Below are positions 9,427-18,804 of a DNA stretch of 64,000 nucleotides, one piece after another (position 1 is the stretch's first letter; each line of letters opens with the position of its first letter). Below the pieces are notes generated by a model, which did not search any database, had not been told where the DNA came from, and saw only the letters and a list, made by a program, of their open reading frames with translations. Position numbers and translations under genes: made by a program. This DNA is from an uncultured Verrucomicrobiae bacterium (GTDB taxonomy: Bacteria > Verrucomicrobiota > Verrucomicrobiia > Chthoniobacterales > UBA10450). The stretch is from the NCBI GenBank assembly GCA_963815455.1, contig CAWFGO010000002.1, forward strand, positions 608,001-672,000, read 5' to 3'.

Positions 9427-10281
9427 TTACCTGCCGAAGCTGGGGAGAATGCTCTTCTCCATCGCGTCCGCGAACGTCGGATATTTCGGAATCCAGCCGG
9501 TACCGCGCAGTTTGGCGTTGCTCACCCTTTTGTTGGTTACACCGCGTTTTTTGCCCGCTGATGTCGATCTTCCGATCGGCGGGACCGGTCTCCCCAGTTT
9601 CCTGGCCAGCCAGCGGTAACATTCGCTTTGCGAGATCGGTTGATCGTCAACCAGGTTGTAAATTTGTCGCCCAGGCGTTTGTCGATCCAGCAACAGGAAC
9701 AACGCAGCGGCGATGTCGTCTCGGTGAACCTGATTAACGAAGTGGTCGTTGTCCGGATCGATCGTCGCTTTGTTTTCCAAGAACTTACTGAGCAACGCAG
9801 ATCGCCCGGGCCCATAAATGCCTGCCAGCCGCGCCACAATTCCGCCACGACCAAGCACGAGCGCCTCTGTTTCGAGCAGTATCCGGCTCGTTTCGCTGTC
9901 CGGTTTGGTTTCGCTCTCCTCGGTCACCCACGACCCGACGTTTTGCCCGTAAACGCTGGTGCTGCTGGTAAAAAGAACGGTCGATCCGATGAAGCGATCG
10001 AGAAGCTGGCGCGCACCCTCCAGATAAACGCGCCGATAAAGATCGACATCGCCACCGCGCGTGCTGGCGCAATGAATTACGGCGTCGAAATTTCCGGGGC
10101 GCGCGCCGACCTGGCGCGAGCTTGTGATATCAACCGCGATCACCGGATAAGGTTTTTCCGAAAGCGCGGTCGCGGTTTTCTCGGAGCTTGTCCAGCCTTG
10201 CACTTCCCAGCCGGATTGATGGAACAAATCCGCCGCAGCCGTACCGACGTAGCCGCACCCAGCAATCAAAACGCGAGACAT
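9427..10281 (-). CDS. NAD-dependent epimerase/dehydratase family (YeeZ-like) protein
   Basis: IAGCGYVG Rossmann motif, SSTSVYG, RLAGIYGPGR, VHRDDIA. Confidence 0.85.
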   Translation of the reverse strand: MSRVLIAGCGYVGTAAADLFHQSGWEVQGWTSSEKTATALSEKPYPVIAVDITSSRQVGARPGNFDAVIHCASTRGGDVDLYRRVYLEGARQLLDRFIGSTVLFTSSTSVYGQNVGSWVTEESETKPDSETSRILLETEALVLGRGGIVARLAGIYGPGRSALLSKFLENKATIDPDNDHFVNQVHRDDIAAALFLLLDRQTPGRQIYNLVDDQPISQSECYRWLARKLGRPVPPIGRSTSAGKKRGVTNKRVSNAKLRGTGWIPKYPTFADAMEKSILPSFGR

Positions 10282-10290
10282 TGTCGATCC

Positions 10291-11016
10291 TTACGCGGCG
10301 GCAGACGCGATCTCGATTTCTTCGAAAACATTCTTCTGGATCGCCCGAACTTGTTTCAAACGAATTAATTCCAGCAGGGCCAGGAAAGTGACCACCACTT
10401 CAACGCGCGAAACCGCCGAGCCAAACAAATCCGAAAAACGCACCGACCCGCCGTCCGACACCCGCTGAAGGATGATCTCGATCTTGTCCGAGACGGAGAA
10501 ATGCTCGCCGAAGATTTCCCGCACATCTTCGCGGGCCTCAACTCGTTTGATCACGATTTGAAAGGCGCTGATCAATTGAAAGATCCCAACTTCTCCGAGG
10601 CGGAGCGGCCCGTCGGCAATCGGTGGTCCGCTTGGTTCCCGGGAAAAGATGCGCTCCTGTTCGAGTTCGCGCACGTGCAGTTGCCCGGCTGCTTCCTTGA
10701 ATTTCTTGTATTCGATCAACTGACGAATCAAATCCCAGCGCGGATCGTCGTCCTCGGCCTCTTCATCGGGCGGTTGTTGATCGGCCGGGAGCAGGCTCCG
10801 GCTTTTCATGTAGATGAGATTTGCCGCCATCACGATGAACTCGCCGGCAATGTCGATGTTCAGTTCCTTGAACGCCTGGAGATATTCGAGGTATTGGCGG
10901 GTGATTCGTTCAATCGAGATCTCGTAGATGTCGATCTCATCGCGTTTGACGAGGTAGAGAAGCAAATCAAGCGGCCCTTCGAAGATTTCGAGCTTAACCT
11001 TGTAATCGGTTTCCAT
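10291..11016 (-). CDS. scpA: Segregation and condensation protein A
   Basis: FEGPLDLLLYL, FIVMAANLIYMKSRSLLP, VVTFLALLEL. Confidence 0.95.
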   Translation of the reverse strand: METDYKVKLEIFEGPLDLLLYLVKRDEIDIYEISIERITRQYLEYLQAFKELNIDIAGEFIVMAANLIYMKSRSLLPADQQPPDEEAEDDDPRWDLIRQLIEYKKFKEAAGQLHVRELEQERIFSREPSGPPIADGPLRLGEVGIFQLISAFQIVIKRVEAREDVREIFGEHFSVSDKIEIILQRVSDGGSVRFSDLFGSAVSRVEVVVTFLALLELIRLKQVRAIQKNVFEEIEIASAAA

Positions 11017-11092
11017 ACGTCGCAGTTGGCGATTCTAAGTGCACCTGGATAATTGTCGATGTTATCGCTCGTTTTGATGTTACGAGGCAACC

Positions 11093-11176
11093 GCCCCCAA
11101 TGGGGCGACGAACGTTAGCCGGTGGTGCAAACCACCGGCCACGAAGTATAAGGCATCCCAAGCCCCGGCAGGGGCG
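11093..11176. repeat. REP array upstream of the RAYT gene
   Basis: GCCCCCAATGGGGCG..TAGCCGGTGGTGCAAACCACCGG and AGCCCCGGCAGGGGC hairpins. Confidence 0.8.
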
Positions 11177-11192
11177 CTGGACCCACACACAT

Positions 11193-11636
11193 ATGCCATC
11201 AACACATTTGAGTTTGCATTACCACATTGTCTTCGGAACCAAGAATCACGAACCAGTGATCCAGCCCAACTGGTGTCCCAAATTGCATGCTTATCTCGGT
11301 GGAATCATTCGCGCCGCAGACGGAGTCGCCGAATGCGTCGGCGGTGTGTCTGATCATGTTCACCTGCTTGTTGGACTTCGGGCGACACACCGGTTGGCCG
11401 ACGTGCTTCGCGAACTAAAGGCCGTTTCGTCCGGCTGGGTGCACGATGAGATCGGTGCCCGTGAGTTTGCGTGGCAGGAAGGCTATGGCGCGTTCACCGT
11501 GAGCGCCTCTCAACGCGGAACAGTTCGTCGTTATATCGAGCAACAGGAGGAACACCATCGCACCCGCACGTTTCGTGAGGAGTATTTGGAGTTGCTGCGC
11601 CGCAGCGATGTGGAATTTGATGAACGGTATGTCTGA
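11193..11636 (+). mobile_element. tnpA: IS200/IS605-family (REP-associated, RAYT-like) tyrosine transposase
   Basis: HYHIVFGTK, HUH motif DHVHLL, WQEGYGAFTVS, catalytic YI..Q..HH. Confidence 0.9.
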
Positions 11637-11641
11637 TCCGA

Positions 11642-11920
11642 CGCCCCGCTGGGGCTGGTGATCTTATGGATTCTGCAACCGGTGGTTTGCACCACCGGCT
11701 AATATCCAGACGACCCTTCGGGTCTGAATGAGTTCAGATCATTCATGATGGGATCAATTAATTCACTAGCCCCAACCGGGCGTCGCACATTAGCCGGCGG
11801 TGCTAGCCACCGGCCGCGGGATCAATCAGATCCCTAGCCCCAACTGGGCGACGGACGTTAGCCGGTGGTGCAAACCACCGGTGCGCGGAGCGCCAAAGCA
11901 TCAGCCCCGGCAGGGACGAC
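11642..11920. repeat. REP array downstream of the RAYT gene
   Basis: One inverted (11679-11701) and two direct (11791-11813, 11859-11881) copies of TAGCCGGTGGTGCAAACCACCGG-like units, each with an adjacent GCCCC..GGGC-type hairpin. Confidence 0.8.
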
Positions 11921-11937
11921 GGATCGCGAGGCGGAAC

Positions 11938-13050
11938 TCAGTCCGGGTATTTTCGATGAACCCAGACGCTGTTCACGATTCCCAGGCCGAACATGATCAT
12001 GAGAACAAACGAGCCGCTATAACTGATGAGCGGCAACGGCACGCCCGTGATCGGTAACATCGAGATGGTCATGCCCACGTTTTGAAAAACGTGGGTGAAA
12101 ATCAACGCAGTGATCCCGATGACGAGAAGCAAACCGAACTGGTCCTCGATAAAAAATGCGACGAACAGACACGTCATGAGAAGCAGGGCGAATGCGCCGA
12201 TGAGAAACATGCCGCCGACGAATCCCCATTGCTCGCCGATGGCGGAGAAAATGTAATCGTTATGCACGGCTGTAGCCGGAAGAAAGCCGAGCTCGATCTG
12301 GGTGTTGGGCGCTTTGAACCCTTTGCCGGCCCAGCCGCCCGATCCGATGGCAATGAGCGACTGATTGATTGCCCAGGCCGACCCTTGTTTGTCAATCGAC
12401 GGGTCGAGGAACGCGGTAATCCGCTGCTGCTGGTACGGTTTCAATCCCAGATGAATTGCGATAGGGATAAAGGCAACCCCGATGAGAATGATGCAGACCA
12501 GGTAGCGCAACGGCAGACCGGCGACGAACAACAACGCGAAAAGCACCGGCACCCAAATGATGACTTCGCCCAGATCGGGCTGCATCAGGATTAACAAACA
12601 CGGCGCGCCGGCGATGGCGCCACAAAGCAGCAGCCGCAGCATCGGATGCATATCGCGGAACTGGCTCAGGAACAGGGCCAGCACCATGATGCCGGCAATG
12701 ACCGCGAGCTGGGCCGGTTGAAAATTGAGCGGCCCCAGATGCAGCCAACTGCGTGCGCCGTAGACTTTCGTGCCCATGAACTTGGTCAGAATCAAAAAGA
12801 AAATGCCGGCCAGATACATCGGCAGCGCGCCCCACCGGATCCAGCGATAGTCGATCAGGCTCGTGATCATGAAAGCGAAGAATCCGACCGCGACCCAGTT
12901 GGCTTGCTTGTGCCAAAAATCCGCCGCCGCCATGTCCTGTCGCATATAAGTGGCGCTGTAAATGGCGATCACGCCGAAGATGGCCAGCGCCATCATAATA
13001 AGAAACAGCACCCAATTGAGCCCAAGCAGCTTCCGGAGGAACGGCGTCAT
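11938..13050 (-). CDS. rodA: Rod shape-determining protein RodA (SEDS family)
   Basis: GARSWL..FQPA, QPDLG, QSLIAIGSGG..GKG, HNDYIFSAIGEQWG, TGVPLPLISY. Confidence 0.85.
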   Translation of the reverse strand: MTPFLRKLLGLNWVLFLIMMALAIFGVIAIYSATYMRQDMAAADFWHKQANWVAVGFFAFMITSLIDYRWIRWGALPMYLAGIFFLILTKFMGTKVYGARSWLHLGPLNFQPAQLAVIAGIMVLALFLSQFRDMHPMLRLLLCGAIAGAPCLLILMQPDLGEVIIWVPVLFALLFVAGLPLRYLVCIILIGVAFIPIAIHLGLKPYQQQRITAFLDPSIDKQGSAWAINQSLIAIGSGGWAGKGFKAPNTQIELGFLPATAVHNDYIFSAIGEQWGFVGGMFLIGAFALLLMTCLFVAFFIEDQFGLLLVIGITALIFTHVFQNVGMTISMLPITGVPLPLISYSGSFVLMIMFGLGIVNSVWVHRKYPD

Positions 13051-13212
13051 GTCGATCTAATTTCGAAGTGCGAAGATTATACGCGCATTACGTTCCCTGT
13101 CACGTCGAGCCCTCGGGAGCGCCGCCCAAACATCGCCGCGCACCGATCAGCGCTATTCTCAATCCATAATGGAACTAGGCTGAGAAATTCTGTATAATCC
13201 TAGTTAGATCTC

Positions 13213-13548
13213 ATGAATGCTCGGCAAGTATTCTCTGCGGTTGCATCGATTGCGCTTGCCTCGTGCGCTGATCTAGCGCCGGGCAAGTTCTATGTTGATG
13301 GGAAATAGAAGGCGTCTCAGCGAGTGACATTCAAGCCGCGATCGCTGCTGCAAGACGGGGTTTCCTGGGAGCGCACCCTTCGGGACCAGCTTACCGCGTC
13401 CACGTTGTTGGCGCGTACGAAATCGAGGTTCACTTCGGAGAGCATTACGGGCGGGCAGGTCCAGCCGGAGAGGTTTATTATTCGGTAACGCGAGTTCGCG
13501 GGAAATGGCAGGTATCCCGTCTTGAAAGTAGATATGTGGTCTTGTAGT
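13213..13548 (+). CDS. Integron-type cassette 1 gene: putative lipoprotein (one frameshift near 13303); not in the ORF track
   Basis: MNARQVFSAVASIALASC lipobox-like start; continues in a shifted frame EIEGVSASDIQAAI...SRYVVL*; starts 3 nt after core site GTTAGAT (13203-13209). Confidence 0.55.
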
Positions 13549-13565
13549 TGGACCGTTGGCTTCCG

Positions 13566-13688
13566 ATCTAACCAATCGCTCGAGCGAACCGGCACCCGTC
13601 GCGCGTCCACATTTCAGATGACTAAAATAGTTCCAGCCCAAGCGGCGCTCGCTCTCGGTGCCGGTCGCTCAGCTCCATCTCGTTAGAC
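13566..13688 (+). mobile_element. attC recombination site 1
   Basis: ATCTAAC...GTTAGAC ends with internal inverted arms GAGCGAACCGGCACC / GGTGCCGGTCGCTC; 123 bp. Confidence 0.8.
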
Positions 13689-13690
13689 AT

Positions 13691-14116
13691 ATGCGCACGG
13701 CGATAGCGATGATGTTGTTGGGAGTCACATCCGCATTCGCCAATTCAGGGCCAGACGCAGAACCGATTGATCTCACGAACACGCCTCAGCGAGCGTACCG
13801 CAAGCATGTCGGCAGCTTTGTGACCATTCGGGGGCGCTTCACTCTAAACGGGGTCTTCGGCGCCATGCTTACCGCTAAGCACGGATTTGTCTATATCGTT
13901 AGCCCCTCAATGAAATCATTTGAGTGGGACCGAGACAGTTACGGCCTCCTCGAAAATAAGCGCGTGGCCGTTACCGGCATTTTGCACTTTCAGCCGTCGC
14001 CGCCACATACTGGCGATGACTCGGTAGCTCGGACTCCCGATTATTATTATTTCGAGCTTGCCCATTGTCGGATCGAGCAATTGTTTGGACAAAGCGCGAG
14101 TGAGCATTCCCGATGA
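13691..14116 (+). CDS. Integron-type cassette 2 gene: exported hypothetical protein (possible OB-fold)
   Basis: Signal peptide MRTAIAMMLLGVTSAFA; VG..VTIRG / KRVAVTGIL; ATG 2 nt after GTTAGAC, stop 1 nt before GTCTAAC. Confidence 0.7.
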   Translation: MRTAIAMMLLGVTSAFANSGPDAEPIDLTNTPQRAYRKHVGSFVTIRGRFTLNGVFGAMLTAKHGFVYIVSPSMKSFEWDRDSYGLLENKRVAVTGILHFQPSPPHTGDDSVARTPDYYYFELAHCRIEQLFGQSASEHSR

Positions 14117-14117
14117 C

Positions 14118-14248
14118 GTCTAACCAATCGCTTGGGCGAACCGGTCACCCGTCGCGTGTCCACATTTTTCCATAACCAATACCTTTTCACTTCAAGAGTC
14201 GCTCGCTCTCGGTGGCGGTAGCTCATCTCGATCTCGATCTCGTTAGAC
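14118..14248 (+). mobile_element. attC recombination site 2
   Basis: GTCTAAC...GTTAGAC; clear sequence homologue of attC 1 (TAACCAATCGCT.G.GCGAACCGG...CTCGCTCTCGGTG.CGGT.GCTCA). Confidence 0.8.
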
Positions 14249-14262
14249 TTTTCAAGAAGAGC

Positions 14263-14970
14263 TTACCTTCGCGCGCCACGTGGATGACTGGCAATGATGC
14301 GGCCGTCTTTCATTTCGTGAATCCAGTCGCAGGCTTCGGCGATGGCGGGGTTATGCGTGGCCAGAAGCAGGGCTTTCTCGCCTTGCTGGACAATTTTTTG
14401 CAGCAGCTCAAACGCCCGCTCGGAATTTGCGGTGTCGAGGTTACCGGTCGGTTCGTCGGCCAGTATCACGCGCGGATCGTTGGCCAGGGCGCGGGCAATG
14501 GCGACCCGTTGTTGCTCGCCGCCGGAGAGATGGCGGCTCGGTCTTCGCAGTTTTTCGCCCAGGCCAACCGCGTCCAATAAGATTGCGGCGCGCTCGCGCA
14601 TTTTTTCCTCGGGTAGACGCGCCAGTTTGCGCATCGGGATCATGACATTTTCCTGGGCGGTAAAATCCTCCATCAGGAAATGGAATTGAAAGATGAAGCC
14701 GATGAACTCGTTTCGCTTGTGGGCCAGCTCGTCGTCGCTCAGGTGCGACATCGGCGTAGAAGCGATTGAGACCTGGCCGGCATCGGGCTGGTCGAGCAAA
14801 CCGAGAATGTAAAGCAACGTGCTCTTGCCGCAGCCGGACGGCCCGACCACGGCGTGAACGCTGCCCGGTTTGAGATCGAGCGAGACACCTCGGAGCGCAT
14901 GGACCCGCTCTTCTTCTTCGCCGAGAAAGCGTTCGAGATCGCGGCAACTGAGACAGGTTTCGCCGTTCAT
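14263..14970 (-). CDS. ABC transporter ATP-binding protein (LolD/MacB-type)
   Basis: [34 protein letters not shown]. Confidence 0.9.
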   Translation of the reverse strand: MNGETCLSCRDLERFLGEEEERVHALRGVSLDLKPGSVHAVVGPSGCGKSTLLYILGLLDQPDAGQVSIASTPMSHLSDDELAHKRNEFIGFIFQFHFLMEDFTAQENVMIPMRKLARLPEEKMRERAAILLDAVGLGEKLRRPSRHLSGGEQQRVAIARALANDPRVILADEPTGNLDTANSERAFELLQKIVQQGEKALLLATHNPAIAEACDWIHEMKDGRIIASHPRGARR

Positions 14971-16205
14971 ACACTCGATCCGCGTAATGTGGCGACCGGC
15001 GGCAGTTCGGCGGCGCGCCGGGCCGGGACATAACTCGCGATGAACACGGCGAGGATCGCGAGCAGCGTTCCCCAAAAATAATGCCGCCAATCCCACACGA
15101 CCAGAAAGTGATCGGCGTAAAGCAATCCGCGGATCCGGATCGGGATGTGCGAAATTCCCACCGTCATCAGCGCGCCGAGCAAACAGCCGAGGAACGATCC
15201 CGCGGCGGCGATCAGCGCGCCCTGCCAGAGAAAAATGGAGGAGATGTCGATCCTCCGGTAGCCCATCGAACGCAAGATCGCGATCTCCTTTACCTTGGCC
15301 AGGACCGACATGGTCAGAACGTTGAAAATTCCGAACCCGGCCAGCAAAATAATCAGCGAGACCGTCACTGCGGCCGAAACGCGCAAAGTGAGAAAAAGCT
15401 GGAGCGTCGATTCTTCCCGCTCCTGCCAGCTGGCCGCGTCGTGCTGAAATAATTGCTCGAAGTGCGCGGCCAGCGCAGGCGCGCGGTCCGGATCGCGCAG
15501 TTTATAAATGATGCTTGATGCACTAAACGGCCTTCGCAGTAGCATTTGGGCGACACGCGCGTGGGCGTAGACGCGAGTGGAATCGATGGCGCCGACCCCG
15601 GCGCGGGCGATGGCCGCCACGGTGAAACGCCAGTACTCGCCGCCGGGCGAAAGCAATTGCACGGTATCGCCAATCCCAGCGCCAAGATTTTCGGCCAGGC
15701 GCGAACCGAGAATCACAGCACTGGTGTTGTTGCGAAAATCGTCAAAGCTGCCGTCAACCAATTGGTGCAGTAGATCGGTCGTTCGCGCGTGGAGAGCCGG
15801 TTCGATCCCGTAAAGATCGATCGTGACGTCTTCAAACCCAGCGCGCGCGCTTACTGTCCCGCGCAACACCGGCGAACACGAAACGACGTTCGAGAATTGC
15901 CGGCTCACACGCATGATTTCACTCGGGTTCGTGATTCCGTCGAAATAGAGCCGGCTATTCGACTTGGGGTTCGAACCTCGCGCTTGCACCATCAGGTCCT
16001 CATAACGCGGACGAAAACGCGACCGAACCACCAGCGCCCCGTTGCTCCCGATCGTGGAGTCGATGAAATATTGGGCAAAGCCTTGCGTCTGCGCTTGCGT
16101 GCCAATGAAAATTCCGACGCCGAAAACGACGCCGCTGAGGCTGAGAAGCAGGGCGCGCTTGCGATGAGTTAAAAACCGCAGCGCAATATATAGCGGCGGC
16201 GTCAC
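14967..16205 (-). CDS. FtsX-like/MacB-type ABC permease
   Basis: TM1 plus periplasmic domain plus GIFNVLTMSV..K.KEIAILRSMG, PARRAA.L.PV. Confidence 0.85.
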   Translation of the reverse strand: MTPPLYIALRFLTHRKRALLLSLSGVVFGVGIFIGTQAQTQGFAQYFIDSTIGSNGALVVRSRFRPRYEDLMVQARGSNPKSNSRLYFDGITNPSEIMRVSRQFSNVVSCSPVLRGTVSARAGFEDVTIDLYGIEPALHARTTDLLHQLVDGSFDDFRNNTSAVILGSRLAENLGAGIGDTVQLLSPGGEYWRFTVAAIARAGVGAIDSTRVYAHARVAQMLLRRPFSASSIIYKLRDPDRAPALAAHFEQLFQHDAASWQEREESTLQLFLTLRVSAAVTVSLIILLAGFGIFNVLTMSVLAKVKEIAILRSMGYRRIDISSIFLWQGALIAAAGSFLGCLLGALMTVGISHIPIRIRGLLYADHFLVVWDWRHYFWGTLLAILAVFIASYVPARRAAELPPVATLRGSSV

Positions 16206-17359
16206 GGCTTCGTCCTGACCCGTGGCATGTCGATCTTGCGCTGCCGGACCGGTTGTCCGGGCCGGAATTTGTCCTGGTCGGACACGATCACCCGATCGCC
16301 TTCGGAAAGTCCGCCCATCGCTTCAGCATAATCCAAAGTCCGATAACCGACCTTGACGGTGCGACGCCGGACGATGTTTCGCCGTACCACCAGAGCTTGA
16401 TCGACCAGCAAGGCGCGCGTCGGCACAAGCAACACATTTTCGTGCGTGCCGGTGATGATGTTCATTTCGCCCGTCATTCCGGCCATCAAATTGTCGGGCG
16501 GATCGTCCATATCGAGCACAACCGTGTAACGCTGCGTCGTCGGGTCGGCCGCAGGCTGAATCGAAGTGACATGCGCGGCAAATGTCCTGGTTTGGTAGGC
16601 GTACAGCTGAACTTTGGCCGGCATTCCCGCTTTCACTTCGCCCACGTCCTCTTCATTCACTTCGCCTCGGACGTAATTCTTGCGCGAGGAAACGGTAAAA
16701 AGCTCGTTGCCCTCCGAGACCACTTCGCCGTCGATGGTCTGAACATTGGTGAGAAGCCCGTCCATCGGCGCCCGAATTTCGGAGTTCTTCATCTGCGCCT
16801 CGGCCTTTTTGCGGGTTTCATCGAGCGCTTCGAGATTTCGATCGCGCTCGATCCGCTCCGTCTCGACCAGGCCGCGCAAACGGTTAACCTCGCTCTTCGC
16901 CTTTTCGTATTCCACCGCCGGCACACTGCCGGTGCCCACGACTTTTTCGAATCGGCGCAAGTTGTCCTCGGCGGCCTTGAGCAATTCCGCAGATGGCAAC
17001 GGCAGCTTGGCCCGTTCGCGCGCGGCTTCCAAATCCGCCGCGGCTTGTTTCAGCTGCCGCGCCGTGGTCTCATCGGCAATGGTCGCGAGCAACTGGCCTT
17101 TCTCGACCCGCTTGCCGATCGCGCCGCGTCCGGCGGCGAATGCTTCGGCCAGTTGAATGAACCCGGAATTTTGCGCGCGCACATGCACCACGAACGCCGG
17201 CTCGATCCGGACCGTGCCGTAAACCGCGGAGATGGCCGTGCCGCGGCGCACCGTGGCCACCTCCGCCACTGGCATCATAAAATAATACGCCAGAGCGAAA
17301 AGGAGCACGAGCGCGGCTCCACCGCCCCACAAAACCGCCTTTGATTCCGGCAATTTCAA
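16202..17359 (-). CDS. Efflux periplasmic adaptor (MFP, MacA-like); start approximate
   Basis: N-terminal TM, VEKGQLLA, IRAPMDG, GMTGEMNI, GLSEGDRVI. Confidence 0.85.
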   Translation of the reverse strand: MKLPESKAVLWGGGAALVLLFALAYYFMMPVAEVATVRRGTAISAVYGTVRIEPAFVVHVRAQNSGFIQLAEAFAAGRGAIGKRVEKGQLLATIADETTARQLKQAAADLEAARERAKLPLPSAELLKAAEDNLRRFEKVVGTGSVPAVEYEKAKSEVNRLRGLVETERIERDRNLEALDETRKKAEAQMKNSEIRAPMDGLLTNVQTIDGEVVSEGNELFTVSSRKNYVRGEVNEEDVGEVKAGMPAKVQLYAYQTRTFAAHVTSIQPAADPTTQRYTVVLDMDDPPDNLMAGMTGEMNIITGTHENVLLVPTRALLVDQALVVRRNIVRRRTVKVGYRTLDYAEAMGGLSEGDRVIVSDQDKFRPGQPVRQRKIDMPRVRTKP

Positions 17360-17370
17360 ACTGCTGGGAA

Positions 17371-18804
17371 CTAATGCACGTTTTGGGCGGTGTCTTCGGA
17401 AAATTGAAAATAACGCCCGGTGGCGCGGTCCCATTCTGCCAGGGCAACATTATACTGGTAAATGGCGTTGAGCAGCCCGCTCCGGGTCCCAAGGTAACCG
17501 CTTTGCGTCAGTCGGTACTCGAGCTGCGAGGCCAGACCGCCGGCCAGATTTTCCCCGACGGTGCGTGAGCTTTCGTCCGCCGCTGCGGTAGCCGAGGCCA
17601 GCGAGTTTTGCCGCGCCTCGATTGACTCGAGATCATTGTGTATCCGGGAAAGTTCGCGACTCACGCCTGCCTCCAATTTTCTCAAAGTGATCTCGTTGAT
17701 CTCGCGCGTTGCCCGCTGTTTCCTGGCCGCGCCGATCACTTTGCCGTTATCAATCACGCGCCAGGTATACCCGGCACCACCGCGGACTTCGGAAGAAATG
17801 AAGTCCTCCGTCCGGCGGGTGGAACCTTCGCGATGAATCCCGGTGACCGGAACGTAATGGCCGGAAAGGTTGGCCGTGAGCAACGGATAATAACCCGCTT
17901 CGATGATGCGCTCGTCTTCCCGCGCGGCCCGAACCAGTAAACGCGCGAGCTTGAGATCGGCCCGGCGATCCAACGCGGCTTTCGTTTCCTCTTCAAGATC
18001 GACAGACATCGGCGCGAATTGCAATTCGCCTTCCGGCTCGGGCAACAACGCATCTTCGCCGAGATCGACGCCCATCGCTTCGGCCAATTTCAGTTGGGCT
18101 CCCAGATATGCGCGCCGAGCGCTTTCGATCTGCGGATCGAGTTCGCGCGCTTCCAAGGTCGCGCCGGTGAGCGCGCTGCGGTCGGCCAGACCAGCTTCGT
18201 AACGATCATTCTGGCTCACCACGTTGTCTCCGAGTCGCTGCCGTTGATCTTCTCGCAACGATTGGAGCCCGCGATTGTAAAGCGCAGCGTAAAATGCCAG
18301 ACGGGCCGCGTGAAGCTGTTCCACCGCCGCGACGTTGAGCTGCTGTTCCGCGATGAGAAGATCGACATCGCCGCGCCGGAGCGATGGCGGAATGGCCGCG
18401 TTAAACAATGGCTGACCAAAAGCGCCGCGCACAAAGCCAAAACCTTTCGTGCTTTCGCCCGCGCGTTTGCCACCCTGCACGCCGCCCGGCGCCTGCAACC
18501 TGGCGCTGGGCCAGATGATCGAACGAAGCACCAGGCGTTGACCCGCCGCTTTTTCAAGATTCGATTTCGCCTCCTGAATCGCCGGATTTTTTTCCAGAGT
18601 GGTTTGAAGAACGTTCTCCAGCGTGATGGCCTCGCTATTACTCACCCAACAAAAAATTAGGAGCGGAATAAGCCAGCCACTGGGTGGATCGAGCAGTCCC
18701 CTGCTCGATGCTAAAGTTAGGCGGCGAAGCCGCATATTTTTTAACATCGCCCGGCGGAGCGGTCGATCCACCGACAAAAGGAAATCTCTCGCGCACCGTT
18801 TCAT
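17371..18804 (-). CDS. TolC-family outer membrane efflux protein
   Basis: LEKNPAIQ, ALDRRADLK, YYP.L, A..D.ATG pattern of OEP repeats. Confidence 0.8.
   Translation of the reverse strand: MKRCARDFLLSVDRPLRRAMLKNMRLRRLTLASSRGLLDPPSGWLIPLLIFCWVSNSEAITLENVLQTTLEKNPAIQEAKSNLEKAAGQRLVLRSIIWPSARLQAPGGVQGGKRAGESTKGFGFVRGAFGQPLFNAAIPPSLRRGDVDLLIAEQQLNVAAVEQLHAARLAFYAALYNRGLQSLREDQRQRLGDNVVSQNDRYEAGLADRSALTGATLEARELDPQIESARRAYLGAQLKLAEAMGVDLGEDALLPEPEGELQFAPMSVDLEEETKAALDRRADLKLARLLVRAAREDERIIEAGYYPLLTANLSGHYVPVTGIHREGSTRRTEDFISSEVRGGAGYTWRVIDNGKVIGAARKQRATREINEITLRKLEAGVSRELSRIHNDLESIEARQNSLASATAAADESSRTVGENLAGGLASQLEYRLTQSGYLGTRSGLLNAIYQYNVALAEWDRATGRYFQFSEDTAQNVH

Noticed and set aside
11093..11920. 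CRISPR array
   Set aside because: Units occur in both orientations with irregular spacing around a Y1 transposase and there are no cas genes; fits REPs
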